Below, one piece after another: positions 31,375 to 40,228 of a stretch of DNA of 64,000 nucleotides (positions are counted from its first letter, which is position 1; each line of letters opens with the position of its first letter). The position numbers and the translations under genes were made by a program. The notes under the pieces were generated by a model. That model saw only the letters and a list, made by a program, of their open reading frames with translations, was not told where the DNA came from and made no database searches. The stretch comes from Candidatus Dojkabacteria bacterium (GTDB lineage Bacteria; Patescibacteriota; Dojkabacteria; JAOAGR01). The stretch covers positions 17,408 through 81,407 of the forward strand of contig AP026679.1 in NCBI GenBank assembly GCA_025999155.1. The letters are read 5' to 3'.

Positions 31375-32005
31375 CTTTTTCTGTACCTTCTGCAAATGGG
31401 TCTGGTATGATGTAGACTTGTTGTTCGGGTTGTGTTTGTTTTTGTGTGTGTATTTGTGTGGGTACTGTTGGGTTATTAGTAGCGGCTTCTCCGTATTGAG
31501 AAGTCGGATTTGATGTTTCTGAATCACTTATCCGTTGGCTGTTTACTGGTGTTGTTGAGTAAGATGTTTGCAAAACGCTTTTGTAACTTTGTATGATCAG
31601 CGTCAAATTCTCATTAAGTTGTTTTAAATGTTGGTTTTCTTCTTGGAGCTTTTTTAGCTGTTGGGTGAGGTCATTTAGTTTAGCAAGCATCTCAATAACA
31701 TCTTTTGCTTTCATCAACAAATCAGCGTGTTCCGTTGATTCGTACATATCTTTTGCTATTTGATGTTCAGGAATAAAGCTATTTCGTAAATAATAATCTA
31801 AACCGACATCATCTGGTTCTCTGCCAAGTATTGTACGATATAGTCTTCTTATCAATTCGAATCGGGCCTTTTGCGAATCCTGGTTAATAGGATCTGATGA
31901 GTGATAAATTTGCGTCAAATTCGATGTTTGGGAGCCGGGAGATGACGGAATTTGCCCCCATTGTAAAGTCTTAATCCAATGATTTGTCGTATCTTGTCCA
32001 TTCAT
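31325..32005 (-). CDS. DUF4214-like domain protein with coiled coil
   Basis: LYRTILGREPDDVGLDYYL motif typical of DUF4214, followed by heptad-rich segment (LKKLQEENQHLKQLNENL). Confidence 0.5.
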   Translation of the reverse strand: MNGQDTTNHWIKTLQWGQIPSSPGSQTSNLTQIYHSSDPINQDSQKARFELIRRLYRTILGREPDDVGLDYYLRNSFIPEHQIAKDMYESTEHADLLMKAKDVIEMLAKLNDLTQQLKKLQEENQHLKQLNENLTLIIQSYKSVLQTSYSTTPVNSQRISDSETSNPTSQYGEAATNNPTVPTQIHTQKQTQPEQQVYIIPDPFAEGTEKATNPIKRVLSSWFHFD

Positions 32006-32088
32006 ATCATTATTTTATCATAAATTTGACGGTTATTCTATAGGTCTTATATCTTGCAGATTGTCACGTATATGGATAATATGTCCAA

Positions 32089-33240
32089 ATGAGGAAAATT
32101 GTATTGATCGTACTAATCCTTGTCTTTGTTATAAAAGCCGAGAATCTGCATTTCGTATATGCACGGACAGTCACTTTTCCTGATAATACATTTACCTTTA
32201 ATCAAGAGGGAGAAAGACCAAAAAAACTGATCTTAATACCTGTAAAAAAATATTCTTTCTTTAATATCTCAAATGAAAAGTATGTACAAGAGTTAATATA
32301 TTATTTTATGAAATATGCCTTTCTATCACCTCCTATACACTATGTGGTCTTTGAAGATGGTAGCTATTATGTGTTGAATGATAATTTTGCTGGTTCCAGT
32401 GTGATCTCGAATTTGGATACAACCATAATATGCGTTTTACTCGTTTATGCAGAAAGCTTTCAATTAAGTAATTTTAAGTTGGGACTGGAGTCACTAATTT
32501 GGAATGGCCTACATACGCAAATTATGAATTCAGATATTCAGTCAACTAGTGATATTGAAGTCCGGGAGTTGAGAGTAGATGATGTAAAAAATACTTTAAT
32601 TTTCTCTGAACCCTATTATAATTCTTACCAGATTGCTAATATATTTGACAATGTAGATTATAAAACAAAAATCCTTTACAGTCCTACTGTAAGGATGACT
32701 TCGATTCCCCAAAAATTACCTCCAGATTCTCTGGTCGAGGTGAATTTTGCAATACAAAATAACACCACATTACAGTTTTTATTTGGAGAAACTAGCCAGT
32801 TAAAGGGCGTTTTTGAAAAAGACTCTATTTTTTACACCAGTCAGGACTGGCTAAATACACGTACTATATTCATAATCAAAAATGGTAGTATTAAACCTAA
32901 TCATGTAAAGAATGTAGTTGTCAAGTTTAGGACTCCACTACTACCAGGGGAATATTCCGAAACATTAAATATTTACATGAATAATGAAAAAATTGACGCC
33001 TTCCCAGTTTTGCTTAATGTCGATGATGTTGGTCAAAAAGTATTAATGATAAAACGAATCAATCAATGGTCTCTTGCTGTTCGAGCTGCTCCGAAATATG
33101 ATAGTCAGGAAATCGCACGTGTTGCACCAGGGGCAATGTTTCTTTATACCGATCAACAAAATGATTTTTATAAAATCAGAGTGTCTGGCAAAGACGGTTG
33201 GATCCCCTCAGGATTTGTAGAAATAGTCAAATCTCAATAA
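32089..33240 (+). CDS. secreted protein with C-terminal bacterial SH3 (SH3b) domain, possible cell-wall hydrolase
   Basis: N-terminal signal peptide. The C-terminal roughly 65 aa match an SH3_3-like pattern (W...A.P...VA.G....Y...Y..KI...G..GWI). An N-terminal block (IHYVVFEDGSYYVL...AG) weakly resembles amidase_2. Confidence 0.45.
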   Translation: MRKIVLIVLILVFVIKAENLHFVYARTVTFPDNTFTFNQEGERPKKLILIPVKKYSFFNISNEKYVQELIYYFMKYAFLSPPIHYVVFEDGSYYVLNDNFAGSSVISNLDTTIICVLLVYAESFQLSNFKLGLESLIWNGLHTQIMNSDIQSTSDIEVRELRVDDVKNTLIFSEPYYNSYQIANIFDNVDYKTKILYSPTVRMTSIPQKLPPDSLVEVNFAIQNNTTLQFLFGETSQLKGVFEKDSIFYTSQDWLNTRTIFIIKNGSIKPNHVKNVVVKFRTPLLPGEYSETLNIYMNNEKIDAFPVLLNVDDVGQKVLMIKRINQWSLAVRAAPKYDSQEIARVAPGAMFLYTDQQNDFYKIRVSGKDGWIPSGFVEIVKSQ

Positions 33241-33306
33241 AAGGTTAGAAAGTAAATATCTCTTGCATATTTAAACTGTTCGAGTAATATAAACTAGAGT
33301 ACGAAT

Positions 33307-33609
33307 ATGCGCAACACCCTGTATAACATCTTTGATGTAATGCTTGTTCTATCTTTTACTTTATTGGTACCTACAAATATTTTATGGTATTTTGGGTTCG
33401 GTAGCAGAAAAGAAACGCCTGATATCGGTTTAAGTGGTATTTATACTTATTCAATTCTGGGGATACGAGACGGTGATGACACAAAATTAATCGGAGTGGA
33501 CATATCGAACGCCCTTATAGCGTCTTATATTTTACTGGGTTTTATAGTCATTATTCTGATTTATACAATCGGAAAACGAAAAACGAAAGATGTCTTTAGA
33601 TACAAATAA
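33307..33609 (+). CDS. small hypothetical membrane protein
   Basis: 100 aa, two hydrophobic helices, no motif. Confidence 0.3.
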   Translation: MRNTLYNIFDVMLVLSFTLLVPTNILWYFGFGSRKETPDIGLSGIYTYSILGIRDGDDTKLIGVDISNALIASYILLGFIVIILIYTIGKRKTKDVFRYK

Positions 33610-34498
33610 AAATAGATCTTTAGGTCGTGGATTAGCGTCTCTTTTACCACAAAATGTGGCAAACGATATTGTTGACGATAATAATCAAGAAGGGTTTAGA
33701 TATTTAGAAATTAAGAAGATTATTCCTAATCCATATCAGCCCAGGCAAAGTATTCCTATTGCTTCGATATTGGAGCTTTCCGAGTCTATTAAAGAAAAGG
33801 GGGTCATGGTACCAATTACTGTTGTGCCGAAAAATGACGGTACGGACACCTATATTTTAGTAGCTGGGGAAAGGCGATTCAGTGCAGCAAAACTGGCAGG
33901 TTTAGACAAAATCCCTGCTGTCGTGACACAAATGACAGAAAGCGAAATGGCGGAGGCTGCCCTTATAGAGAACATACATAGAAAAGATTTAAATCCTATT
34001 GAAGAAGCTTATGCTTTCTTACGTCTTGTGCATGAGTTTGGTATGACAACAGATGATATTGCCCGCAAGATAAGTAAAAATAAAACCTATGTTGAAAGCA
34101 AAATTAAGTTGACTGAGTTACCCAAGATAGTACAAAATTCTATTGCTGTTGGTGAAATATCAGAGAATCATGGAAAAGTTCTTTTAACATTAAATGACGA
34201 AAAAGCTATTATAGCCGCATTAAAGATTGTTATACGAAATAATTTGAGTGTACGAAAAACAGAGGAGCTAGTAAGAGAAATAAAACTAGAAACAGGCAAA
34301 CAGACTAAGTATTTGTGGAGTAATAAATATGCTGAGTGGTTTGAAAGGTATTCATATGTTAAAGATGGTTTAAGTGAGATTACTGGGTGTGAAATAAAGC
34401 TAAAACGTAATCGTAGAAATGGAGGTGCCATTTTGATACACTTCAATAATGATGAAGAGCTTGATACTATTTACCGAAAACTTGTCAGAAAAGAATAG
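33590..34498 (+). CDS. parB: chromosome partitioning protein ParB/Spo0J
   Basis: ParB box (LVAGERRFSAAKLAGL), an HTH region, and the N-terminal RGLASL motif. Confidence 0.85.
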   Translation: MSLDTNKNRSLGRGLASLLPQNVANDIVDDNNQEGFRYLEIKKIIPNPYQPRQSIPIASILELSESIKEKGVMVPITVVPKNDGTDTYILVAGERRFSAAKLAGLDKIPAVVTQMTESEMAEAALIENIHRKDLNPIEEAYAFLRLVHEFGMTTDDIARKISKNKTYVESKIKLTELPKIVQNSIAVGEISENHGKVLLTLNDEKAIIAALKIVIRNNLSVRKTEELVREIKLETGKQTKYLWSNKYAEWFERYSYVKDGLSEITGCEIKLKRNRRNGGAILIHFNNDEELDTIYRKLVRKE

Positions 34499-35174
34499 TA
34501 ATAGGCTCTCTTACATATTTGAACATGTATTATTAAATAAACGTAAAAATTTACGAATTGTTAGGCCGTATCAGTATTTTGGGGTTTGGATGGCTTATAT
34601 TCTAAATGATTTGGAAAACATTCCTGTCTACATAAAATTAGCTAAAGAACAAGAGCGAACATTATTAGAATCAGCTCTATCGTATGTAAAGGATTATCCG
34701 AACGCTAAATCGAAAGCCAAATTGTTTTTTTGGTATCTGAAGGGGAAATTGAGGAAAACTAGTAAAACACAATCTAAAACTAAATCTCGCAAAAAAAACG
34801 AATGTGAGCTGGTGTTATGTCCAAACAAAAAAGTACGCATTGTGCCTAATAATGTGAGAGATATCTCCCTGAAAACTATTACAAGGTCTTCAGTAAAAAG
34901 AACGACGGAATATAAAGATAAAGCTTTATCTGTTGTAAAATGGGAAAAAGATGTGTGTTTTGGTGTCTATAAATTAGATTATTATTGTCGTACAAATAAA
35001 ATCGGTATTGACTTAGTTGAGAACTCGGTGCATAAGTCATTGTCAGCAACAACATATATAACCAAAAAGCGGTCATTTTTAGAGTCGTTGGGTATTAAAT
35101 ATTTGCGTATTGATAAAGAAAATATTGCGGGCGATGTAGAGAAATATTTAATACATATGGTTAATTCTTTTTAA
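34449..35174 (+). CDS. hypothetical protein with C-terminal DUF559/Vsr-like (PD-(D/E)xK fold) endonuclease-like domain
   Basis: C-terminal YKLDYYCRTNKIGIDLVENSVH...KKRSFLESLGIKYLRI resembles DUF559. It is preceded by a Lys-rich linker. The start is probably downstream of 34449, since this overlaps the parB end. Confidence 0.4.
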   Translation: MMKSLILFTENLSEKNSNRLSYIFEHVLLNKRKNLRIVRPYQYFGVWMAYILNDLENIPVYIKLAKEQERTLLESALSYVKDYPNAKSKAKLFFWYLKGKLRKTSKTQSKTKSRKKNECELVLCPNKKVRIVPNNVRDISLKTITRSSVKRTTEYKDKALSVVKWEKDVCFGVYKLDYYCRTNKIGIDLVENSVHKSLSATTYITKKRSFLESLGIKYLRIDKENIAGDVEKYLIHMVNSF

Positions 35175-35232
35175 TAGTTGGGATTTCATTGAGTTTGTAT
35201 GTCTGTTGTTATTTGTATTTTGTATATTTTTT

Positions 35233-35631
35233 TTATTGATTTAAATCTTGTTTATTTTGAATTTTTCGAAAACATTCAACGGAAAGCATAACACACTTTC
35301 GTCTTGTTGGGTTTACATCTATACCTATTAGTTTCTTGATAAAGTCGTAATCAAGTTTTTTTACTTGGTCTATATGCATACCTACTAATTCCTCTGTTAG
35401 CATAGATGCTGTTGCTTGTGACAATGCACAACCTTCTCCTTCGAACGAAAGTTTTTGGATTTGACCTTTTGAATCAAGTTTGAAATAGAATTTTAGAGCG
35501 TCACCACAAAGCGTATTGACTTCGTATACTATTATATTAGCATCATCCAATTTACCTTTATTTCTAGGGTTTTTATAATGATCTATGATATTTTGCTTGT
35601 ATATATCCATATGTTTTGCCTGAAAATACAT
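35233..35631 (-). CDS. Fe-S cluster assembly scaffold, SufU/IscU (NifU-like) family
   Basis: Conserved Cys-containing blocks (NTLCGDALKF; GEGCALSQA) and N-terminal IIDHYKNPRNKG. Confidence 0.8.
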   Translation of the reverse strand: MYFQAKHMDIYKQNIIDHYKNPRNKGKLDDANIIVYEVNTLCGDALKFYFKLDSKGQIQKLSFEGEGCALSQATASMLTEELVGMHIDQVKKLDYDFIKKLIGIDVNPTRRKCVMLSVECFRKIQNKQDLNQ

Positions 35632-35831
35632 TAAATCTGTCTTAACTTCAATATAATTTATGATTATTTACTTTATTTAGATTGATCTTGTTTATAATTT
35701 ATGAGACATGTTTTTAAGATAAAGATAGATGTCTTATTAATTTTTTACAAAACTCATGTCATTCAAAAATTTTCATTTGCAATTTTGAACATCATTGCTA
35801 TCAATCGAATATATTGTATTTACGATGATAA

Positions 35832-38342
35832 TTGATATATAATGGAGCAATGGATATTTTAGAAATTATTTCGTCTGATTTCCGCTTGATGTCGGTTATT
35901 TGTCCTAATTTGATTTTTGTATTGACAATATTAGGTTTTTTAGCGTGGATTTTAGTATCTAACCAAAAAACAAAAGCTACTTCCATTTCTCAGAATAACG
36001 CTATAGTCATTCGTGATTGGCTTTTAGAACAAAAGGCTAAAGGCCTTAGTGATATTGACCAATTGATTGGTGTTATTTCCGAAGAATCGGGTACATTTAA
36101 AGATTCTTTACAACAGCCTAGTTTGAATACAGTTACTGCTATGCCTTCAGACACTCCGGTGTCTACACCTGAGCTAGTAGTGAAAAATAACTGGATGGAT
36201 ACAAATGAGAAAAAGGCTACTTTTCTTTTGTATTTTGGATCATTTCTTGTTACTGTGTCTCTTTTTGTACTGGTTGTTTTGAGTTGGCAAAATTTAAATG
36301 ATATAGTCAAGAATTTAATTCTTCTTTGTGCTATTTTTGGTTTTTACGCATTAGGTATTTTTGCTTATTACATACTAAATTTAAAGGATGCTGCCCATAC
36401 TTTCTATGCTACAGGATCTATCATTTTAGGACTTTCTGGTATCGGTTTTTGGAACTTCGGTATTAAGTATACAGGTGCGGATATCAAATTATATGCTACG
36501 ATTTATTCTGCTATTATTTTATTGGTTAATGGAGCCTTGTTTGCTTTTATTGAGAGGAAGAGGTTTCTATATCTGTCTCTCTTATCTCTTTATATCTTTG
36601 TGATTTCCTTTGCGTTTTTATTAACACAAAAAGATTTGTATAGGTATTTTTTGATAGTTTTAGCAAATACCGGTATTTATGTTGCTTCAGTGAAGTTCGC
36701 AAAGATAAAAAAAGAAACTTATTTATTTTCTAGTATCGTTAATTGGTTGTTAATTATATTTATCTATACTTGGTTATTGATCAGTCCTTCTCTTAGTAGA
36801 CAAAATACTAACTGGTTTGATTCTCTAGTTATCTGGTTGTTATGTCTAATGCCGACGGTTCACATTTTAATTAGCTATTTTCGAAATAATGCAAGGATTA
36901 GTTTGTTAATAGACTCGGTACTGATTTACTTTAAGCTAATAATTATATCGGATTATTTTCGTTTTGATTCGAATACGATACTAATAATCTTGTCGATAGC
37001 AAATATTCTCATGGTATATTTTTACAAACTCTTTGTATTTGCTAGTATTTTGAGTAATTTAGGCTTGTTGATAGGTATATTTTCACAGACACTGCTCAAC
37101 TATATTGCTATATTTGGTTTGTTCTTTGATGAATCAGCTTTGACATATCTTGATAAATTTACATTTATACTATTTGCTACTGCAACATCATTTATTTATC
37201 TATTCCCTTGGCTATTGAATCGTAGTAAAGTCATCTTAGGTTTTGGATTACTATATGTGATTTTCATTACTTTAAGAGCATTATTTTTCTACTTCCATTA
37301 TATTGATCCTTGGGTTTTGATGTCTTTGATAGGAATTATTGTATTAGGTTTGACATCTATTGTCTGCTGGTACAAATACAAAAATTCTTTAAATATGCAA
37401 GTGATGAATATAGTACTCGTGGGCTTAAGCTTGCTTTATACACTTCTATCACTATTTATTGAAGATAATTTAATCACATCTGTTAATTTCGTTATTATAA
37501 CTTTGAGCTTAGTAGGTTTATCTTCTTTCTTCAATAATTTGTTGACACGAGTTATTTCCGTAGTTACATTTAATGTCAGTCTACTTTATTTATTAGTACA
37601 CTATGCTGTACCCGTACATCAATTAATTATTTATTTATCCGTGGTGAATGCTGTACTTAGCTTCTCTGAGTGGCTTAGTATTGGTAAGATCAAGGAATTT
37701 TGTATTCATCATTATGGTTTAATTGCCAAATTATTTGTGCTTGTCTATATGTTTATTTATACTTCCTACCTTTTTGGGCATGCAAAAGACTTCTCTCCAT
37801 ATTATCTTTTGGCTATAGCACCTGTTTTTCTGATATCGAAATTTCCATTTAGTAACAGACTTTTTGGTTTACCACTTCTGTTTTTCTCATGGTACTATAT
37901 AAACGAATATCACTTGTCTTCACAGCTTTACTATCTATCTACAACTTTATATTTATTATCATTAAGTCTTGTTGAGTTCTTCACTAAGCATTCTACTAGA
38001 TCTATAGTTTTTGAATCGGTTGCTTATTTCATACAATTTTTTGCATTGTTCATGGACTCATTAAATTATCACAATAACTTAAACACTAATTCGTATTTGT
38101 CAGTACCTGTCGGTACTTTATATGCATTTTTATTGTTGTTGCTTTCTGCTTCTGTAATCGTGTTAGGTTATATAAGGGATAAAAAGCCTATATGGATTAT
38201 AGGAGCAATATTTCTAACCTTAGCTTTATTGAGGCTTATTGCTTTGACCGTTTTCTTCTTATGGTGGCTTTATCTTGCAATTTTCGGGTTTATAATAATC
38301 GGTATAGCTGTATTTTGGTTATTCAAACTCTCTCGTCAATAG
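35832..38342 (+). CDS. large polytopic membrane protein (about 20-25 predicted TM helices), hypothetical
   Basis: 836 aa. One N-terminal TM, a roughly 90-aa hydrophilic segment, then near-continuous hydrophobic helices to the C-terminus. No catalytic motif recognised. Confidence 0.5.
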   Translation: MIYNGAMDILEIISSDFRLMSVICPNLIFVLTILGFLAWILVSNQKTKATSISQNNAIVIRDWLLEQKAKGLSDIDQLIGVISEESGTFKDSLQQPSLNTVTAMPSDTPVSTPELVVKNNWMDTNEKKATFLLYFGSFLVTVSLFVLVVLSWQNLNDIVKNLILLCAIFGFYALGIFAYYILNLKDAAHTFYATGSIILGLSGIGFWNFGIKYTGADIKLYATIYSAIILLVNGALFAFIERKRFLYLSLLSLYIFVISFAFLLTQKDLYRYFLIVLANTGIYVASVKFAKIKKETYLFSSIVNWLLIIFIYTWLLISPSLSRQNTNWFDSLVIWLLCLMPTVHILISYFRNNARISLLIDSVLIYFKLIIISDYFRFDSNTILIILSIANILMVYFYKLFVFASILSNLGLLIGIFSQTLLNYIAIFGLFFDESALTYLDKFTFILFATATSFIYLFPWLLNRSKVILGFGLLYVIFITLRALFFYFHYIDPWVLMSLIGIIVLGLTSIVCWYKYKNSLNMQVMNIVLVGLSLLYTLLSLFIEDNLITSVNFVIITLSLVGLSSFFNNLLTRVISVVTFNVSLLYLLVHYAVPVHQLIIYLSVVNAVLSFSEWLSIGKIKEFCIHHYGLIAKLFVLVYMFIYTSYLFGHAKDFSPYYLLAIAPVFLISKFPFSNRLFGLPLLFFSWYYINEYHLSSQLYYLSTTLYLLSLSLVEFFTKHSTRSIVFESVAYFIQFFALFMDSLNYHNNLNTNSYLSVPVGTLYAFLLLLLSASVIVLGYIRDKKPIWIIGAIFLTLALLRLIALTVFFLWWLYLAIFGFIIIGIAVFWLFKLSRQ

Positions 38343-38344
38343 AT

Positions 38345-40039
38345 TTAAAATATCTCTATTATTTCATACTCAAGTTGTTTGGTGTTGTTCCATGTAGTTA
38401 TTGTAAAATGTCCTAATACATTGATATGTTGTCCTACTTGTATATGGGAATATTTTTGTGATCCGTTAAAGCTTTTTGCCGTAATTTTTCCATGCCCGTG
38501 TCTAATGAAAAACATAATATGATTATAGTCTTTACCGAAAGTTTTAATGTCTTCAATATAGGCGTCAAATAGGACAAAAGTCGGTTTAGGATTACCAAGT
38601 CCGAATGGTTCAAGTAACTTTAGTTCTTCAATATCGTCTATAGTTATTGTTCCTAAATCAGAGATTTCTACATCTGCTTTCATACTTCTTGAAAAATCCT
38701 TTGCTTTAGTGTTTTTTTCTATATATTCTAAAATAGTATCTTCAAAACCATTAAAAATACTGATTTGACTAGCAAAACCGGCTGCTTGCTTATGTCCACC
38801 ATATCGTAATAAGTGTTGTTTTGCCGCCTCTAAGACTTGATTTAAGTGTAATTTTTCAAGTGGAGATCGTGATGAGCCTGTGATTTTACCTTTACGATCA
38901 ACTGTCGCTATAAATGTAGGACGAAAATACTTTTCGGCTATTTTACTAGCTATTAATCCCAAAATACCTTCGGGCCATTCGCTACCTTTTATTACTATGG
39001 CTTTATCTATAGTATTAATTTGGCTTTCTGCCATCTGTATAAACTGTTCTGTCAATTGTTGGCGCTTGGTGTTGAGTTCGTTCAATTCTACGGCGAGTTC
39101 TTTTGCTTGTTTAATATTGCGAGTGGCTAGCAGCCGCATTGCTTTTATTGCGTCATTCAGTATACGACCTGGAGCATTTAATCTTGGACCCAAAACAAAA
39201 CCAAAATGGTAAGTTTGTATATACACGGGATCTATTGCAGCAATATTCATCAGTTCTTGCAGTCCTATACGCTTATTTTCCTTGATTTTTTCGATACCTC
39301 TTAAAACAAACTTACGGTTTTCTGTAGTGAGCGGAATAATATCACATATTGTCGATATAACAACTAAATCAAGATAGTCTGTTGTATCTATATAAGGCCC
39401 GTTTTTTTTGGTTGCTTCAATTGCACGTACTAGTTGCCATGCTGTCGCAGCTCCAGAAATCATTGTTGAAAATTGTGATTCAGGATGAGCAGAGTGTACC
39501 ACGGCTTTTGCATCTGGTAGTATGATTTGTCCACTTTCATCTGTAAGAAATTGATGATGATCAGTAATGATGAAGTCTATCTGATGTTTGAATCTATCGA
39601 CTAAATCTCTATCTTTAATACCAGAATCAACAGTAATTATTAAATCGGCATTTAAATTAATAGCTTTTTGTATAGTTTTTTCACTAAGTCCATAGCCCTC
39701 ATCCACACGATTCGGAATAATAGGTAGTGCGTCAGCCCTTCTTGTGAAATATAGATAGTCCCATAATATTGTAGATGCACATACCCCATCTACATCAAAG
39801 TCACCGTGAATAATAATCTTTTTCCCTTTTTCTATGTAATCGTTAATCAAGAGTGCTGCTTTTGTGATTCCAAATATGCGAAAAGGATCTTCAAAATCTT
39901 GTTGATGTATCGTAATAAAATTATACGCTTCTTCTTCGTTCAAACCGAGAGAGTAGAGAAGAGTTTTGGTTAGATTTCGGATTTTTAGCTTGGGATAATA
40001 ATCTTTGATTTCTTTAATTTTGATTTCGATATTATTCAT
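38345..40039 (-). CDS. recJ: single-stranded-DNA-specific exonuclease RecJ
   Basis: DHH motifs (IIIHGDFDVDGVCASTIL; DHH) plus DHHA1 region (GGH...AAG). Confidence 0.85.
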   Translation of the reverse strand: MNNIEIKIKEIKDYYPKLKIRNLTKTLLYSLGLNEEEAYNFITIHQQDFEDPFRIFGITKAALLINDYIEKGKKIIIHGDFDVDGVCASTILWDYLYFTRRADALPIIPNRVDEGYGLSEKTIQKAINLNADLIITVDSGIKDRDLVDRFKHQIDFIITDHHQFLTDESGQIILPDAKAVVHSAHPESQFSTMISGAATAWQLVRAIEATKKNGPYIDTTDYLDLVVISTICDIIPLTTENRKFVLRGIEKIKENKRIGLQELMNIAAIDPVYIQTYHFGFVLGPRLNAPGRILNDAIKAMRLLATRNIKQAKELAVELNELNTKRQQLTEQFIQMAESQINTIDKAIVIKGSEWPEGILGLIASKIAEKYFRPTFIATVDRKGKITGSSRSPLEKLHLNQVLEAAKQHLLRYGGHKQAAGFASQISIFNGFEDTILEYIEKNTKAKDFSRSMKADVEISDLGTITIDDIEELKLLEPFGLGNPKPTFVLFDAYIEDIKTFGKDYNHIMFFIRHGHGKITAKSFNGSQKYSHIQVGQHINVLGHFTITTWNNTKQLEYEIIEIF

Positions 40040-40163
40040 TATAAGCTTTCAGCGGTGAGATGATTATGCAATTCATAATATAAATTTCAAGGTGAATAAA
40101 TAAATAGGGTCCTGCGTATTATTAAATTTTTGATTTATAGAATCATGCGTTAGAATATTTCTG

Positions 40164-40190
40164 TTGGCAGACAATTAAGGCTCTTGCTAA
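40164..40190 (+). promoter_or_regulatory. CIRCE-like imperfect inverted repeat upstream of dnaK (TTGGCAGAC-N9-TCTTGCTAA)
   Basis: Seen directly 39 nt upstream of the dnaK start. Each half resembles the CIRCE half-sites (TTAGCACTC / GAGTGCTAA) at 6 of 9 positions. A near-identical arrangement occurs upstream of groES at 59325. Confidence 0.45.
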
Positions 40191-40228
40191 TTTTTGAATT
40201 TTATGTAAAATTCGTGTTGATAAATGCT

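Noticed and set aside
40164-40190. Sigma-54 (-24/-12) promoter reading of the TTGGCAGA motif upstream of dnaK and groES
   Set aside because: TGGCA is present, but the downstream TTGC/GC element is 12-13 nt away instead of the required 4-5 nt spacer. The inverted-repeat (operator) interpretation fits both sites better.
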